Part shown: positions 37,666 to 50,601 of the stretch, piece after piece
Numbering within the stretch: position 1 is the first letter of the stretch
Layout: the number at the start of each line of letters is the position of its first letter
Source: Hydrurus foetidus
Lineage: Eukaryota
DNA: 64,000 bases
Direction: 5' to 3'
Assembly: GCA_900617105.1 (NCBI GenBank)
Contig: UYFQ01000160.1
Location: forward strand, 1 to 64,000
Notes under the pieces: generated by a model
The model's input: only the letters and a program-made list of their open reading frames with translations
Told to the model about the DNA's origin: nothing
The model's database searches: none
Position numbers and translations under genes: made by a program

Positions 37666-38357
37666 TTCGCATAAGTATGACTACTGTACAGCAACACGAA
37701 GAATGAAACATAAAAGTTGAGTTGGTGACCGAAAAAAACTGAAAACGGTCCCAGAACGCAGGAGACGGTGATCTCCGTGACACGAAAAAACATGTGACAT
37801 GTCAAGTTTTCTTTGTTAAAGTGGAATCACCATCCGGTTAATCCCCCAATACATTACGGTATACAGGCAGAGGCTGCATGGGAGATCTCCATATGCAAAT
37901 TACCGACTTGTGAGAGTTCTTAAGCGATGTGACTGTATCTGTAGGTTACTCTCCCCATCTCTGATTCCCAGTCAAGTGTATGTGTTATGTGCACTGTAGC
38001 GGAACTTTTGTGTCTCAAAATTGACGATTTTTGGTAATGATGTAGTCCATAGATTTCTGCGGCATATCAGATCAGAAACGAGAGCACATGTTGAGTCTAT
38101 CGATGACGAGAAAATGTAGGAGAAGAAGAGATGAAGTAGTGACATCATATGCCACTCACCCACTGGATTATACGGTTGACAAAAAAGTCTTAGACAACGA
38201 TGTACAGCGCTCAACGCAAAAATCTCAATCTAAAATTTCTATGTAGTGTAGCGCTGCGATAAATGCATGGTTCTCCAAAAGACTCTTGTGTATCCGTAAG
38301 ATAGATATACGCACGCATGACGGATGTGTCGAAGTATATCACATTTCAAAACTCATT

Positions 38358-40686
38358 TCAGGTGGCAGTTTCGATTTTGATTGGTACATCAAAAGGCGTC
38401 TCCACCTTCTCCGGACGATACGCTGAGGGCAAGAGGCTCAGCTTCCGACTAACATTCACTGCAGACCCTGGACCAGGTTCCTGATTGGCACCTGAAACAT
38501 CGGCACATCTCCAGAAGAATATTTCCTGCTGCTTGAAATATCTCCTGTCTTCTTCGTCAACAAGCACGAGATTTATGAAATATTTCACCGAATAAACGTT
38601 GTTGATTGACCGATATGTTGGAGTCAAATTCAGTTTTGACAAGTAGAGTCGGATCGGAACTGTTTCGCCCTTGATTGGGGCCCCTTTCAACAGAAAAATG
38701 GAGGGAAAAATGATGTTTAGGAAATGAGAAGGAGATGGCACTTCCTCGCCACAGATATCATTTCGACAATTCTTGCAACATACAACTTGGAATTCAGTCA
38801 TGACAATGTCAGATAAATGCATACATCGACCATGTTAATGGTTAAGTAAGAGATAGATGACGTCATTAAGATAGTGACGAAAGAAGAAAATTGTAGTTAT
38901 CACTCAGGACTAAATAAAGAAAGATTCTCAAAAGGAATTTGTTCGGCATTGCAAATTGGCAAGTGCAGATATCGTACACGATTCAGCAGGTACACAAAGA
39001 GGATCGCGTGCGTACGAACTATCGATGGTGAATACTGCACTCCTACAAGACCGTGTGGTGGGATGCGGTCAGAAAAAAAACATAAAAGTAATAAAGAACT
39101 CTTCATATCGCAACTGATGCTCACCATCCATGAGCTCGTACTTCAACAAGCTCTCTGACTCGTTATAAGTGTTCAGGCCATTGCCTTTGAAGGGTACAAT
39201 TCACAGTGGAATTGAGGGGCGAAAGGAAGGCGTGAGTAGTTAGAAATATTCAGCTGTTGATAGAAGCGGCTTGAGGCAATAAAAAGTGTTAGTGCTTTTT
39301 CAAAAATGCATTCATTGAAATTTGCGTGATCTGAGGACACGTCGTCTACAGATGTGGATGATAAAAGGCCTCATCGTAGCGCTGCATTTTTAATAAATCT
39401 GCACATTCTCCATGAGATCCATCAGCAAATACTCAATTTGAAGAGTTAATGCAAGAATGGTGCTCGTAGAATGCTCTTACCAGATGCTTCTCTTCTTATG
39501 ATCGCCAGCTCCATGTGTTTAATTTTAATCCTTACGAGAAGAAAATGAATTTTCCCCAGGACAGTATCCTAGATGATGTAGAAGGACTATCAGACTTGAC
39601 ACAATATACAATAATCTCAGTCGGCCATGTCTTGTATCATTCAAGCTTCTTCTAGCAAGAGTAGTTAGTGTTTTGTTCAATGCAGGTACATCTGAAATAC
39701 ACCACTCGAGTTTCTGAGTATTTTTATTTACCTGTAGATGATATTTCGACTTGTTATACTCAAACTCAATGTGTAGACAGTCCTCTATGCCGACCTCCAT
39801 TTTGATGGGGAGGTCCTCAGGAGCAACAGTAACAGCACCTGCACCTGGAGAGAAGACAACAACATTCCAAGAAGGCGATAGACTGCAATCATGCTTCATA
39901 GAATACACTCAGCGCTGAAATCGATAAGTATTCGCATATCAACATTATTGCTGCGTGACATTGTATTGTTATTCTCGAAATTGTCGCCATTATGTTCTGA
40001 GCCATGGAAATTTTTACCTGATAAACCTTGAGAACCTTTTATGGCGTTGATTTCCTTAAGATTTAGAGAGAGTTTGACAACAATCAATTCTGGCGCTACG
40101 CACTTGTTGGTGTAATCATCTATCGCAAAATTTTCTTACCGGGGGAGCTGGTAGGGCGTTTTCAATAGCAAAGTCCTGTTCTTTGGTAAAATTGCTGCCG
40201 TACGCCCTCGTTATGGTGACGCGAACAAAATATCGCAGTCTCACATTAATGCCACTGTAGGTCTCGTACGGCTTTTCAGTGGTGAATTCGAAAGGGTAGG
40301 TTTTCCCCTTATCTAATTGGCCAGCAGATTCCAGCTCACGTACTACTGAGAGAAATCTCACGTTGTTTCCTCTTTCAAAGTGCAAGTCTGTTGTTGATAG
40401 CAAATCACCATCATGACGGCACATCTTTCTGAGGTGATAGTTAAAGACGATACGGGAAAGTCTCACCTATTTGCCCGATCATCTCTATCTTTATTCCTAG
40501 ATGGTCAATAGTTCTACCATGTGGTAACACAACCTCTACGGTTCCAGATACTGGCTCCTGCCCAAGAAATAGTAACATCTCCTCATTCCTAGTTACACCA
40601 TTAATTTTGATCGATTTCTTCGCCCTCGAGTCGCCCCCATTAAACTTTACGTAGATGGAAGTTGGATTGCTGACAAAGCTGAACAT
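38358..40686 (-). CDS. VPS26: Vacuolar protein sorting 26 (retromer subunit), multi-exon
   Basis: Motifs [87 protein letters not shown] and [21 protein letters not shown], in exons bounded by GT-AG (about 40686-40467, 40387-40140, 39844-39732, 39568-39482, 39180-39107, 38683-38358). A micro-exon near 40040-40057 may be needed for phase. Confidence 0.97.
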
Positions 40687-40937
40687 CACTAAAATGAAAA
40701 GCTTTCAAAATTTTAAGATGTATGGCTCGGGAGGACTGCGAGAAAGTACCCAATTATCTACAGGAGATGGAGCAAAATGAGGGATGAAAATGAGGAGATA
40801 CAGGCTATGGTGCTTTTATCAGTTTGTTTCAAAGTATGATGATGCCTGATGTCTGGGAGTGTCTCTAATTTGAATAATCAGTGTAGAGTAAATAATGTCG
40901 TCAAAATTTGGCAAAAACTTGATTTTCCCCCCTAAGG

Positions 40938-41216
40938 TGTTGTGATATCCGGATTAGACTAGGATCTTGTACCCTGTGTGATGCATGATTGTTTTCATGC
41001 ACGGGTGTACGTACATTCAGCGATAACATTGACCGCAACCCTCGCACTCATGTTATGCTACCTAGATGTAATAGACAGCATGTCACTGTCGTTTAATCCA
41101 ACTTACCGAATAGAACGTCTTCTTCTCTTTTGAGCAAGCGTTGCTAGCAGTCGGAAGTGCAGGGATCGTTTGGGAACTCGGAAGAAATTCCGTGTAATTC
41201 GCCCAGAATTCCAACA
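40938..41216 (+). repeat. Copia-C 5' LTR
   Basis: Direct repeat of 46694-46972. Confidence 0.97.
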
Positions 41217-41227
41217 TAAACGACAGT
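41217..41227 (+). promoter_or_regulatory. Non-tRNA primer-binding site complementary to LTR positions 41085-41095 (putative self-priming)
   Basis: TAAACGACAGT directly after the LTR is the exact reverse complement of ACTGTCGTTTA; no TGG. Confidence 0.75.
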
Positions 41228-41272
41228 CATCCTTAGATAGATTAGCTAGAAAGTTGCAAAAATCTTGCAAGG

Positions 41273-44200
41273 ATGAGAGGACGAGGCGATGGAAGATTCC
41301 AGTCCCGTGGCGGGGCAGGGGTCGATATGGTAGGGGGCAAGGCGAGCCCCATAAACCCATAGTAAAAGGTAGGAAGCCCGAGGTAGGTGCTTACCTGGAT
41401 CTGCCACGAGGCCAAGCGGCAGATCCGGAAGCTGTGTTGAAATGGCTTGAATGTTTAAGAGTTTATATGTATAGTACTTATGAATCTTCTGTTAAAGAAA
41501 TCATTGGTATAGATGGCGTCCTCACGATTACGAAGAATTCGTAGAGCCTGACGACCCGCCGGACAACGCCGGCATGGTTGCCATAGAGAGATGGAAGACT
41601 GCAAGTAAGAAATATGCTGCTAATATTGAATTACATAAAAAAGACTGCGCAAAATTGTATGGTGTAATATTAGGTCAGATGTCGGAGGCCTCAATCACGA
41701 GGGTGAACGAGATGCCGGCAGGCAAGCGAGCCATGGAGGACTGTGATCCTCTAGAGGTGTTGACATGTGTGGTTGCAACACACATGAACAACAAAAGGTA
41801 TGGAGATGTATATAATATGACTACAGCAATTAGAAACTTTTATAATAATAAAATGTATCAGAACGAAGATCTAGCTGCATACTTTAGTAGGTGCAGGACG
41901 CTTCTGTTTGTCAAGAGCGAGTCATACAGGATCGCCGACGAAGAAGAGCCCTTCACACAGATGAGTTCCATGCTGTATTATTTGTAACTGGACTTAATTC
42001 AAACTATTCAGAATATATAAATACGTTTAAAAATAAGGTTCGGCCATGGCCGCAGACCATGGCTGATGCCAACCAGGACGCGGCCAACTTCCTCATGGGA
42101 AGGCCCGTCCACGGAGGAGCTCCCCCGAACTCGGAGAAGCGAAACGTTTTCGCGGCCAGTCGGGGTGGGAGAGCGGGTTCCGGTGGGAGAGGCGGCAGAG
42201 GCCGCGGAGGCAGCAGTCAGGAAGCTGAGAAGGGAGGGTACGATACCCCCGGCAGCGAGAGCAGAGTGAGGGCAGGCACTCCCTATAGGGATAGGGAGGC
42301 CACCCCACAGAGAGAGAGAGGTGGTGCCGTACAGGAGTACGGTACCCGTTACGGAGCCTGCAACAACTGCGGGGAGGAGGGCCACTATGCGTACGAGTGT
42401 AAGAAGCCCCCGAGGAAGAACGCACCTGCGCGTCACACTTCCTCGGAAAAGTAAGTCCCTTATATGTATTTTTACCTGATTCACTAGCTACGGATGTAAA
42501 TGTTCCGTGTGGGGAAACCGGACTGCATGACGTATTTGCAACGTCGACCGGTTACCCTGCGTTTGTGCCATTGTTAGATAAAGCATGCAGATTGGAGAAT
42601 TTTTGTCCACTGAACAGTAAAAATTGTGGGGGTGACCCTGTGATTTTTAGTGCGAATGTATATACACACAGTTCCACATTTACAGAGAGACAAGTGTTGT
42701 TAGATACATGTGCAGCAGAGTCAGTATTTTGTAGTGGAGATTTATTTTATAGTATTATGCCGTCCGCTACCCCGATGATTATTAATGGAGTGAACCCTCA
42801 GGGGAACCCTTGATAATCACGGAGTGTGGCGAGACGGACTTCGGAACAGTTTACTACGATAGCAATTGTATAGCAAATATATTATCCTTCGGTAACATAG
42901 TCAGCTCGAGCGAGTCAGTTAGCTATGACAGTGACCAGGATTGTTACAAAGTTAGGATGATTAAGTTAGGACCTGTATATAGATTTGTCCATGATCAGTC
43001 TACGAACATATATCTATGCGACTTAGACAGAAATGTCAGTTACAAGAATGTATCGTTCGATAAATCGATCATGGTCATGACAGTTAAGGATAAGAAGAAA
43101 CTGTATACAGCTAGACAAGTTAAGTCAGCAGAGTTAGCTAGAGAGTATCAGAGAAAGTTAGGTTACGCCAGCCCAGGACAGTTAATTAAATTAATAGGTC
43201 AGGGGAAATTAGATAAGAGTGACATAACAGCACAAGATGTAGTTAGAGCATTAGATATTTTTGGACCAGATTTGGGTTCCCTTAAGGGGAAAACAACTAG
43301 TCACAAAACTGAGTTAGAGGAAGAGATGCCAGTTGTAGATAGGCAGTTCCTGAACCAGGTTATGTACATAGATTTGATGTTTGTGAACTCGATACCCTAT
43401 TTAGTCACAGTTACAAATCCCTTAGAATATGTGATGATATGTAAACTCTCACGTAAAAACAAGTCTTCCTTATGGATGAACTTAGAGAGCAACATACATC
43501 ACATTACTAAGTATGGATTTAAGATAACTATGATAAGAATAGACGGAGAGTCGGCAGTTAACACTATAAGTTTTGAGAGTAAGCTAGCCGCACTAGGTAT
43601 TATATTAGACAGTACTGGAGCAGGAGAAGCAGTAGCTGTAGTTGAGAGGAAGATCAGAGTGATCAAGGAACGTGTTCGTGCCATCATCAACACGGTACCT
43701 TTTTCACTGAGTGAGCTACTAGAAAGTTGGTTACTTAGATATGTTGTGAACAGATTAAATTTAGTACCAACTAGAAACAGTGTAGCTTACGTCAGCCCCA
43801 GAGAGAAATTATACGGTAGAAAGATTAACGTAGATAAGGAGTTGAAACACGGTTTCGGTGATTACGTACAAGTACATACCGACTCCGTGGACAACTCGAC
43901 TAAACCCAGATCACAGGCAGCAATAGCATTAGTTAGTGCAGGCAACCTAGAAGGGTCATGGTATTATCTGCTGTTAGCTAACTTAAAAGTAGTGAAGAGG
44001 ACAAAGGCCACTAGCCTACCCATGACAGATGATGTGATCAGTTACCTCGATAAGTTAGCATCTGAGAGGAAATTAAATATGTCAGTGAATGTCAAGCAAC
44101 CTATTTTCGAACAGAGTAATCAAATCCTCGAAGACGATGGAAATGATTACTCCAACGATGAATTTGAGTTGCAGACACCTGACATGATAACACCGTATAG

Positions 44201-46182
44201 TTACCCTACAGAAGACGAATTTGTGCATCATGAGATAGCAAATAATTTTGACTCATACGATGGCAATTCTGATGTAGCTTACGAATCAGAGTTCGAACAA
44301 TTAACAGAATACATACCAAATGATATATACGTTAATGAAGGAGAGGATGTAGTGTATGACGATACACCAACTGACCCCGATGCATTAATGAATGATATAT
44401 TTGGTGTAGACAGTGATGATGAGGTAGATACCCCCACCACAGAAAATAGCAAGTCAGAGGAAATTCTAGATAAACAACCCAGACGTAGTGCTAGAAACCA
44501 TCAGCCAGGCAGATGGAACAAGAGATTAGTAGGTTTAAGTATACCTAGCTACAAAGATTCAGTCATGTGTAAGTACATGATGAACATGACCGTAACAGAA
44601 GGAGTACAGAAATTAGGCGAGATAGCCGTAGATTCCATTAAAAAGAGTTACAACAGATGTGTGATAAGAATGTGTGGGAGGCAGTTCACCTCAACAGTCT
44701 TAGTTACAATCAGAGGAAAAGTATCATAACCAGCAGTATGTTTTAAAAGATAAGTATACAGCAGATGGTAAATTTGATAAGCTAAAATCTAGACTTGTAG
44801 CAGGAGGTCACTTACAAGATAGAAATATATATGATAACGGTTCATCACCAACTGTTAGCACCACTAGCGTATTTATTGTTGCTGCAATTGCTGCTAGTGA
44901 AAATCGAGCGGTCGCTACGATCGATTTTCCTGGTGCATTCCTCAACAGTGATATGCCACTAGACGGTGACCATGCAGTGCTGATGAGACTGAATAAATAT
45001 TTGACTAACATATTAGTTAGCATTGACAAGTCCTATCAGAAGTATGTAAATGAGAAAGGAACAGTAGTAGTTAAGCTTAAGAAAGCATTATATGGATGTG
45101 TAGAGTCAGCTAAGTTATGGTACGATAAAATATCATCAGACTTAACACAGTTAGGCTATAAGGTAAATCCATCAGACATATGTGTATTCAATAGGACTGA
45201 GCTAGATTCCACTCAGACTACTTTAGTTATCCATGTTGATGATATGATGATCAGCAGTAGGGATGAGAAGCGTATAGATAGTATAATTTCAGAGATAGAA
45301 AACCTATACCCAGGCCTGACTAAGAGTAGAGGCAGAGTGTTGAATTATATAGGTATGACTTTTAACTTTGAGCAGTTAGGCAGAGTTGTCATATCCATGG
45401 AAGGTTTCATAAAAGACTTGTTAGACGATTGCATAGAGATTGTGGGGGTGTCTAGAACACCTGCCGACGATAATCTATTCAAGATCGATCTTAACAGTCC
45501 TTTATTGAAAGATAAAGAACGTGAGAGATTCCACTCACTAACAGCTAAGTTGTTATATTTAAGTAAGAGAACCAGACCAGACATACTGACATGTATAGCA
45601 TATCTAACTAAAAGAGTCTTAGAACCTAGAACCGACGACTGGAATAAGTTAGCGCATACTATACGGTATATCAGAGAGACCAGAGCTATGCCGCTGACCC
45701 TAGAGGTAGATACTCCGGTTAAGGTTATAGCCTATATAGATGCATCATACGCTGTACATGCAGATAAGAAGAGTCACACTGGCTGTATTATAACACTAGG
45801 TAAGGGAGCAATATATGGTAAGAGTTCCACTCAGAAATTAAATACTACGTCTAGCACAGAGGCAGAACTAGTAGCTATGACTGAAGCAGGTAATCAGGTT
45901 TTATGGACTAGGAATTTCCTTATCCATCAAGAGTATGAGGTAGGTCCAGCTTTAATTTACCAAGATAACCTATCCACAATTCAGTTAGTTAAGAACGGTA
46001 GGTCCAACAGTGAAAGAACTAGACACATAGACATCAAGTTTTTCTTCCTGCATGACCGAATTAAATCAGACCATATTATTGTAACCTACAAGAGTACTAA
46101 AGAAATGATTGCAGATTTGCTGACCAAGCCACTGCAGGGGAAGCTATTCCAAGAGCTACGTGACCAAGTGCTCAATGTATAA
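41273..46182 (+). CDS. gag-pol: Copia-C Gag-Pol polyprotein (broken by several -1 shifts, mostly in homopolymers)
   Basis: Knuckle CNNCGEEGHYAYEC; protease LLDTCA; integrase IDLM/IDGE/VERKIR; KSRLVAGG, LKKALYG, IHVDD, YIDASY, STEAE, QDNLS, ADLLTKPL. Confidence 0.95.
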
Positions 46183-46693
46183 AGAAATTCAGGGGAGTTA
46201 TTTATTGATTTTGACTTACCCACTTATAGCGCTTTTTCCAGATAAATTACAAAATAAAAATAAAAATCTGATTTCGCTTTAAATCAACATTTGTTTGATA
46301 GGACCGCGAGGGACATCGATGCACCGCTTTTGCGACATCGAATGTCGACGTTTTAGCGGATTTAAGGGCACCAACATCGGTTGGATCGAACTCGAGACCG
46401 GTCACCAGCTGAGGCTTTTTTGACGGTTTAGAAATAGTTTTTCTCGAGTAATACTTACCCGCTAATCCAACCACCCATGTTTTATTTTACACCATATCAC
46501 GACGCAACTTGTCAATATTAAAAAATTCCGTGAAAAATATTTTTAAGAAAATTTACTGTTTACCATACCCTAACACTAAGTTCCCTATCTGAGTGTTGTG
46601 TGAAACATTATGAACAATAACCAATAAGTATACTATATAAGCATATGCTAATTAACATATTCACTTATTCAAACAATAACCATCATGGGGGTG

Positions 46694-46972
46694 TGTTGTG
46701 ATATCCGGATTAGACTAGGATCTTGTACCCTGTGTGATGCATGATTGTTTTCATGCACGGGTGTACGTACATTCAGCGATAACATTGACCGCAACCCTCG
46801 CACTCATGTTATGCTACCTAGATGTAATAGACAGCACGTCACTGTCGTTTAATCCAACTTACCGAATAGAACGTCTTCTTCTCTTTTGAGCAAGCGTTGC
46901 TAGCAGTCGGAAGTGCAGGGATCGTTTGGGAACTCGAAAGAAATTCCGTGTAATTCGCCCAGAATTCCAACA
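46694..46972 (+). repeat. Copia-C 3' LTR
   Basis: Direct repeat of 40938-41216. Confidence 0.97.
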
Positions 46973-47202
46973 TAAGGTCGGTCCATAATATGGTAAAACG
47001 AAATACGAAATACAAATCAACTAAAAGTCCATTTTTGTACTTCGTATTTCGTCCAGTCACGTTTGTTATGATACGACGAAATACAAAATTAATCGTTTTT
47101 GTAGTTCGTATGGTTGTCGTTCCGTATGCAATTTCGAAATACTAAACACCAATCTGAGTCAGCTGTCGACAATACTCGTAGTCATTATTATATTATTCAA
47201 AC

Positions 47203-49130
47203 GATGAAGCGTTCCGCCGCTCCTAGTAATACGCATCCTTCGGGAGCGTCCAAGAAAATGAAGCCGACGAAAGTCGTCGAGTCTTCCATTGTCAACAAGG
47301 AAATAATGCCTCTTAAGGTCGTTGCTAAATCTGGTCCGCCACCTCCGATCAACGCCAAACAGCAGAAAGCCTTCCACCATCTGTTGTCAGCAGCAGCTTA
47401 CAACTCTGTACTGGAAGGAAACACGGACAGCACTGACGGACTTCGAGAATTATGTGCCAGATATTATCATGGATTCGATGAAGATAACATTGGCATAGCT
47501 GCTAGTTTTCTCCAGGGCGACGGACGATTTGGCGTCTGATAGCGTTATTGATACAGGCTTTGGTCATTTGTCTGGATTGTCCCATGCACAACTGAGCTAT
47601 TACATCCTTCGTCCAACGCGCAAAGGCAAAAATTTGATAACGGGCCGACAAATTCTTGAGAAAGGCAGAGCGTGTTTATTGGAAGCGAAGAAAATGTTGG
47701 CATTGTGGGTTGAGTTTCTAATCGATGGTCAAATGCCGAGTGGAATGAATGAAAATAATGCTTTACAGCATGTCTTGAAGAGAGCGCGTGCTCTGACCTC
47801 CAATGAGGTGGTGGAAGACGAGGTCAATGATGAGGACATAGACGATCAAGGCGATCAAGGGGCGTCAGGTAAAAACTTCTTCATTAGTGACTTTTGTATG
47901 CATTTCAACATTTTATTTGACATATGGATGTTTTCGCAAAGTCCGTTGATGTTATTATATTTTTAAATCAAGTCAATTTACAGGGAAAACGCTGGCAAAA
48001 TTTAATTCATGCTATACCTTACTTTTATAGATGACGACGTGAACGACAATGAGTTTGATGACGAAGAGGAATATGTGAAGGAAAAAAAGTGGTTAAAAAA
48101 GACATTCCACAATCTTTAAACAACTTCTATCCAGCGTGTACCTTATTCTTCATCCTCTACGGCCCTTATGGAGTTATGGCAGACAATTTCGATATCACTC
48201 CATGCCTTTCTATCGACTCTAAGGGAATAGATGAGCAAGCGAAACGATACAAGAATATGAACTGTGCCAACAACGCATCAACCAAGATCAAGATGATCAA
48301 TCAGGACAGGGATACAGAACCCGGACGAGGCATGTCAGCCCATCACATGGAGAAATTTGGTATTGCCCGTGAGGAGACAAGTGTTATAAAGGATCAATTT
48401 TACCGTAAGAATCTAATGGAAAGTTTCAATGTGGCGAAAGAAATGGCGGTCCGTTCCATTAATACCCAGGAACAAACAGATCATTGGTATAGTATCATGG
48501 ATGAATACGCTAGAGAAATTTCCCCCACCCTATTGCTACCTAAACCTATTATCCCACCATCAAAAGTACCATCAGTCCGAACGACCCCGGCTCCTGAAAC
48601 AATCCCTCAGACGAATATAACCACTGCCTGTAAGCTTAATTCCGTGGTCCAGAAACTTTATGTTACAAAGGAATTGGAAACCATACCTGCCAAAATTGTG
48701 GTTCTAACCCAGGACTCTGAGTACTATGATCCCAATGACTTTATCGTAGAGGAACCAGAAAGAGAAAAGGATTCCGATAACTGTGAGTAGAGAGAGAATA
48801 GTAAAGGAGATTAGGGAGAAGGAACAGAGAGAGAAAGAAGACAGACGAAATAAAGACGAAGAAGAAGACACAGAGGGGGAACTAGAGTTCATAGAGCCAT
48901 ATCTCAATACTATCAAAACCGTGAATCCATACCCACCAAGAGATTCCTTGACCATAAGTGAGAGAGAGCAACGGGATCGTGAAGACGATGAATACATGGC
49001 ACAAGAGCGTATCAGGAGAGACGTGGCGAACAACATTGCATGTGCGAAACATTACGGCACTACCAGTTCCACGATCTCAAAAGTGAAGACAAGAGGCGTA
49101 ACAAGAAGTACAATTTCAAAGATGGTTTAA
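47203..49130 (+). CDS. Harbinger-2 accessory ORF (frameshifted; probable intron about 47869-48030)
   Basis: Convergent with the transposase; shares the YY and W..G..PSG pattern with the Harbinger-1 ORF2. Confidence 0.65.
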
Positions 49131-49166
49131 TATGTTTTATTTACAATTCAATAATATTTTATTAAT

Positions 49167-50601
49167 TTACTCTTTCATTTTGCCTGTTCTTGAAGGCCAT
49201 ACTATATCTTTAACTGCCCACCTCCTATGAAAACTAGTTACTAATTTGTCTCTAAAATCTTTATTTCTCATTCTTAATATTTTATAAGTATTTTCTTCTC
49301 CACTTTTTTTAAAGTTTTCTATTTCTTCTTCTCGGTTGTCCAAAAGATTATTACATAAATCATTGCCTCGGGCAAAATTTGAAGTATCAAGTTCTCTGAT
49401 ATCACATCCATCTCTAACTCTACGAAATATAAGAGGGGCATAAGTTTCAACATCACCTACGGCATGCCACCCTAATTCACCTTCAAAAGGACTTGGTATA
49501 CCTTTTTTCCACTTCTTGTCTAATCCATCAATATTAAGTAACATGTTGTGTAGGGCACAGCAAGTAAACCAAATGTTATCAGCAGCTTCGATCCCATGAA
49601 CTCTGATTCCTGATTTTAAAATTCTCCATCTCCCTATGAATATAGTAATTATATATTAAACATATTAACGAATATATTAAAAGAATTATTATCAATTACC
49701 TTTTAGTATTCCAAAGGTGCATTCAACGTCTTTTCTCATAGACTCGGCCCATTTGGACCAACGCTGTTCTTTCTTCGACTGTGAATGTTTGAAGGGACAT
49801 ATAAGTGTGGGCCAATTTAAATATCCCCCATCCACAAGGATCCAGGCCCCAGTATAATTTACATCTTTCCCCTCGCTATCTTTCAGTGTAAATTTATGAT
49901 CATTCAAGTAATTACCATTCTGCATGTCAGTCACAAATCCATCAAATCGCACTATAGTCATATCATTCCATCTTCCGGGATATCCAACTGTTGACGCAAT
50001 AATCTGGCGTCGATGATTGGCCACGATTTGGAATGCACGCGTCGTATGAGAACTTTTCCCTCCTAAATTCTGATTCTTAAGCTTGTAGTGGCACCTCTCC
50101 AATATGATATGTGTAACATCCGCTGACCCAATACACCCATCAAAACCAGCCTCAGCATATTCAGACATACAGTCTTCTATCTCCTCAGGAGTTTCCGGCC
50201 TCTTCACCCACTTGGGATAGAGATGTTTGCGGCAGGCTACAACGAATACTTTGAAGAATCGACGATGTACTTCTTCAGAGACGCTTGTAGCCTCGTAGAG
50301 GTCATCGAAAGTCCAGCCCCTTCCCAGGTAACGCAGTGCTCCCAAAATCAATATGCTTCTTATTCAGTGGTAGATCAGGGAATCTGACGTATCTGCGATA
50401 CCAATCTGACTCAAAGCAGTCATTAGGATTGTATCCTTCGTTATTTCTGTTACGAAAGGGCATTTTCTTTGGTGGAACTGGTTCGGCAGCCTCGTTTTCT
50501 TCTAATAGCTCATCGCGCCTCTTCTTAAAGATGACATAACTTTCCAAATCTGGATACCCATCCTCACCAATGCAGTCCTGAAGTTTTGGTGACTTTTCCA
50601 T
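49167..50601 (-). CDS. Harbinger DDE transposase with a 66-bp intron (49634-49699) and an apparent deletion/frameshift near 50352
   Basis: LRYLGRGWTFDDL, GCIGSADVTH, GRWND, LVDGGY and RKDVECTFGILKG|RWRILK joined across a GT-AG intron. Confidence 0.92.

Larger units (their letters stand above)
40938..46972 (+). mobile_element. Ty1/Copia retrotransposon Copia-C, full length, young
   Basis: 279-bp LTRs 40938-41216 and 46694-46972 (TGTTG...CAACA, 2 mismatches by eye); TSD TAAGG at 40933-40937 and 46973-46977; GGGGGTG PPT. Confidence 0.98.

Noticed and set aside
42445..42487. Programmed -1 frameshift (G GAA AAG) or a GTAAGT...TAG intron at the Copia-C gag/pol boundary
   Set aside because: Splicing leads into a stop codon, and about six other -1 breaks in the element look like homopolymer errors; one extra A gives a single ORF.
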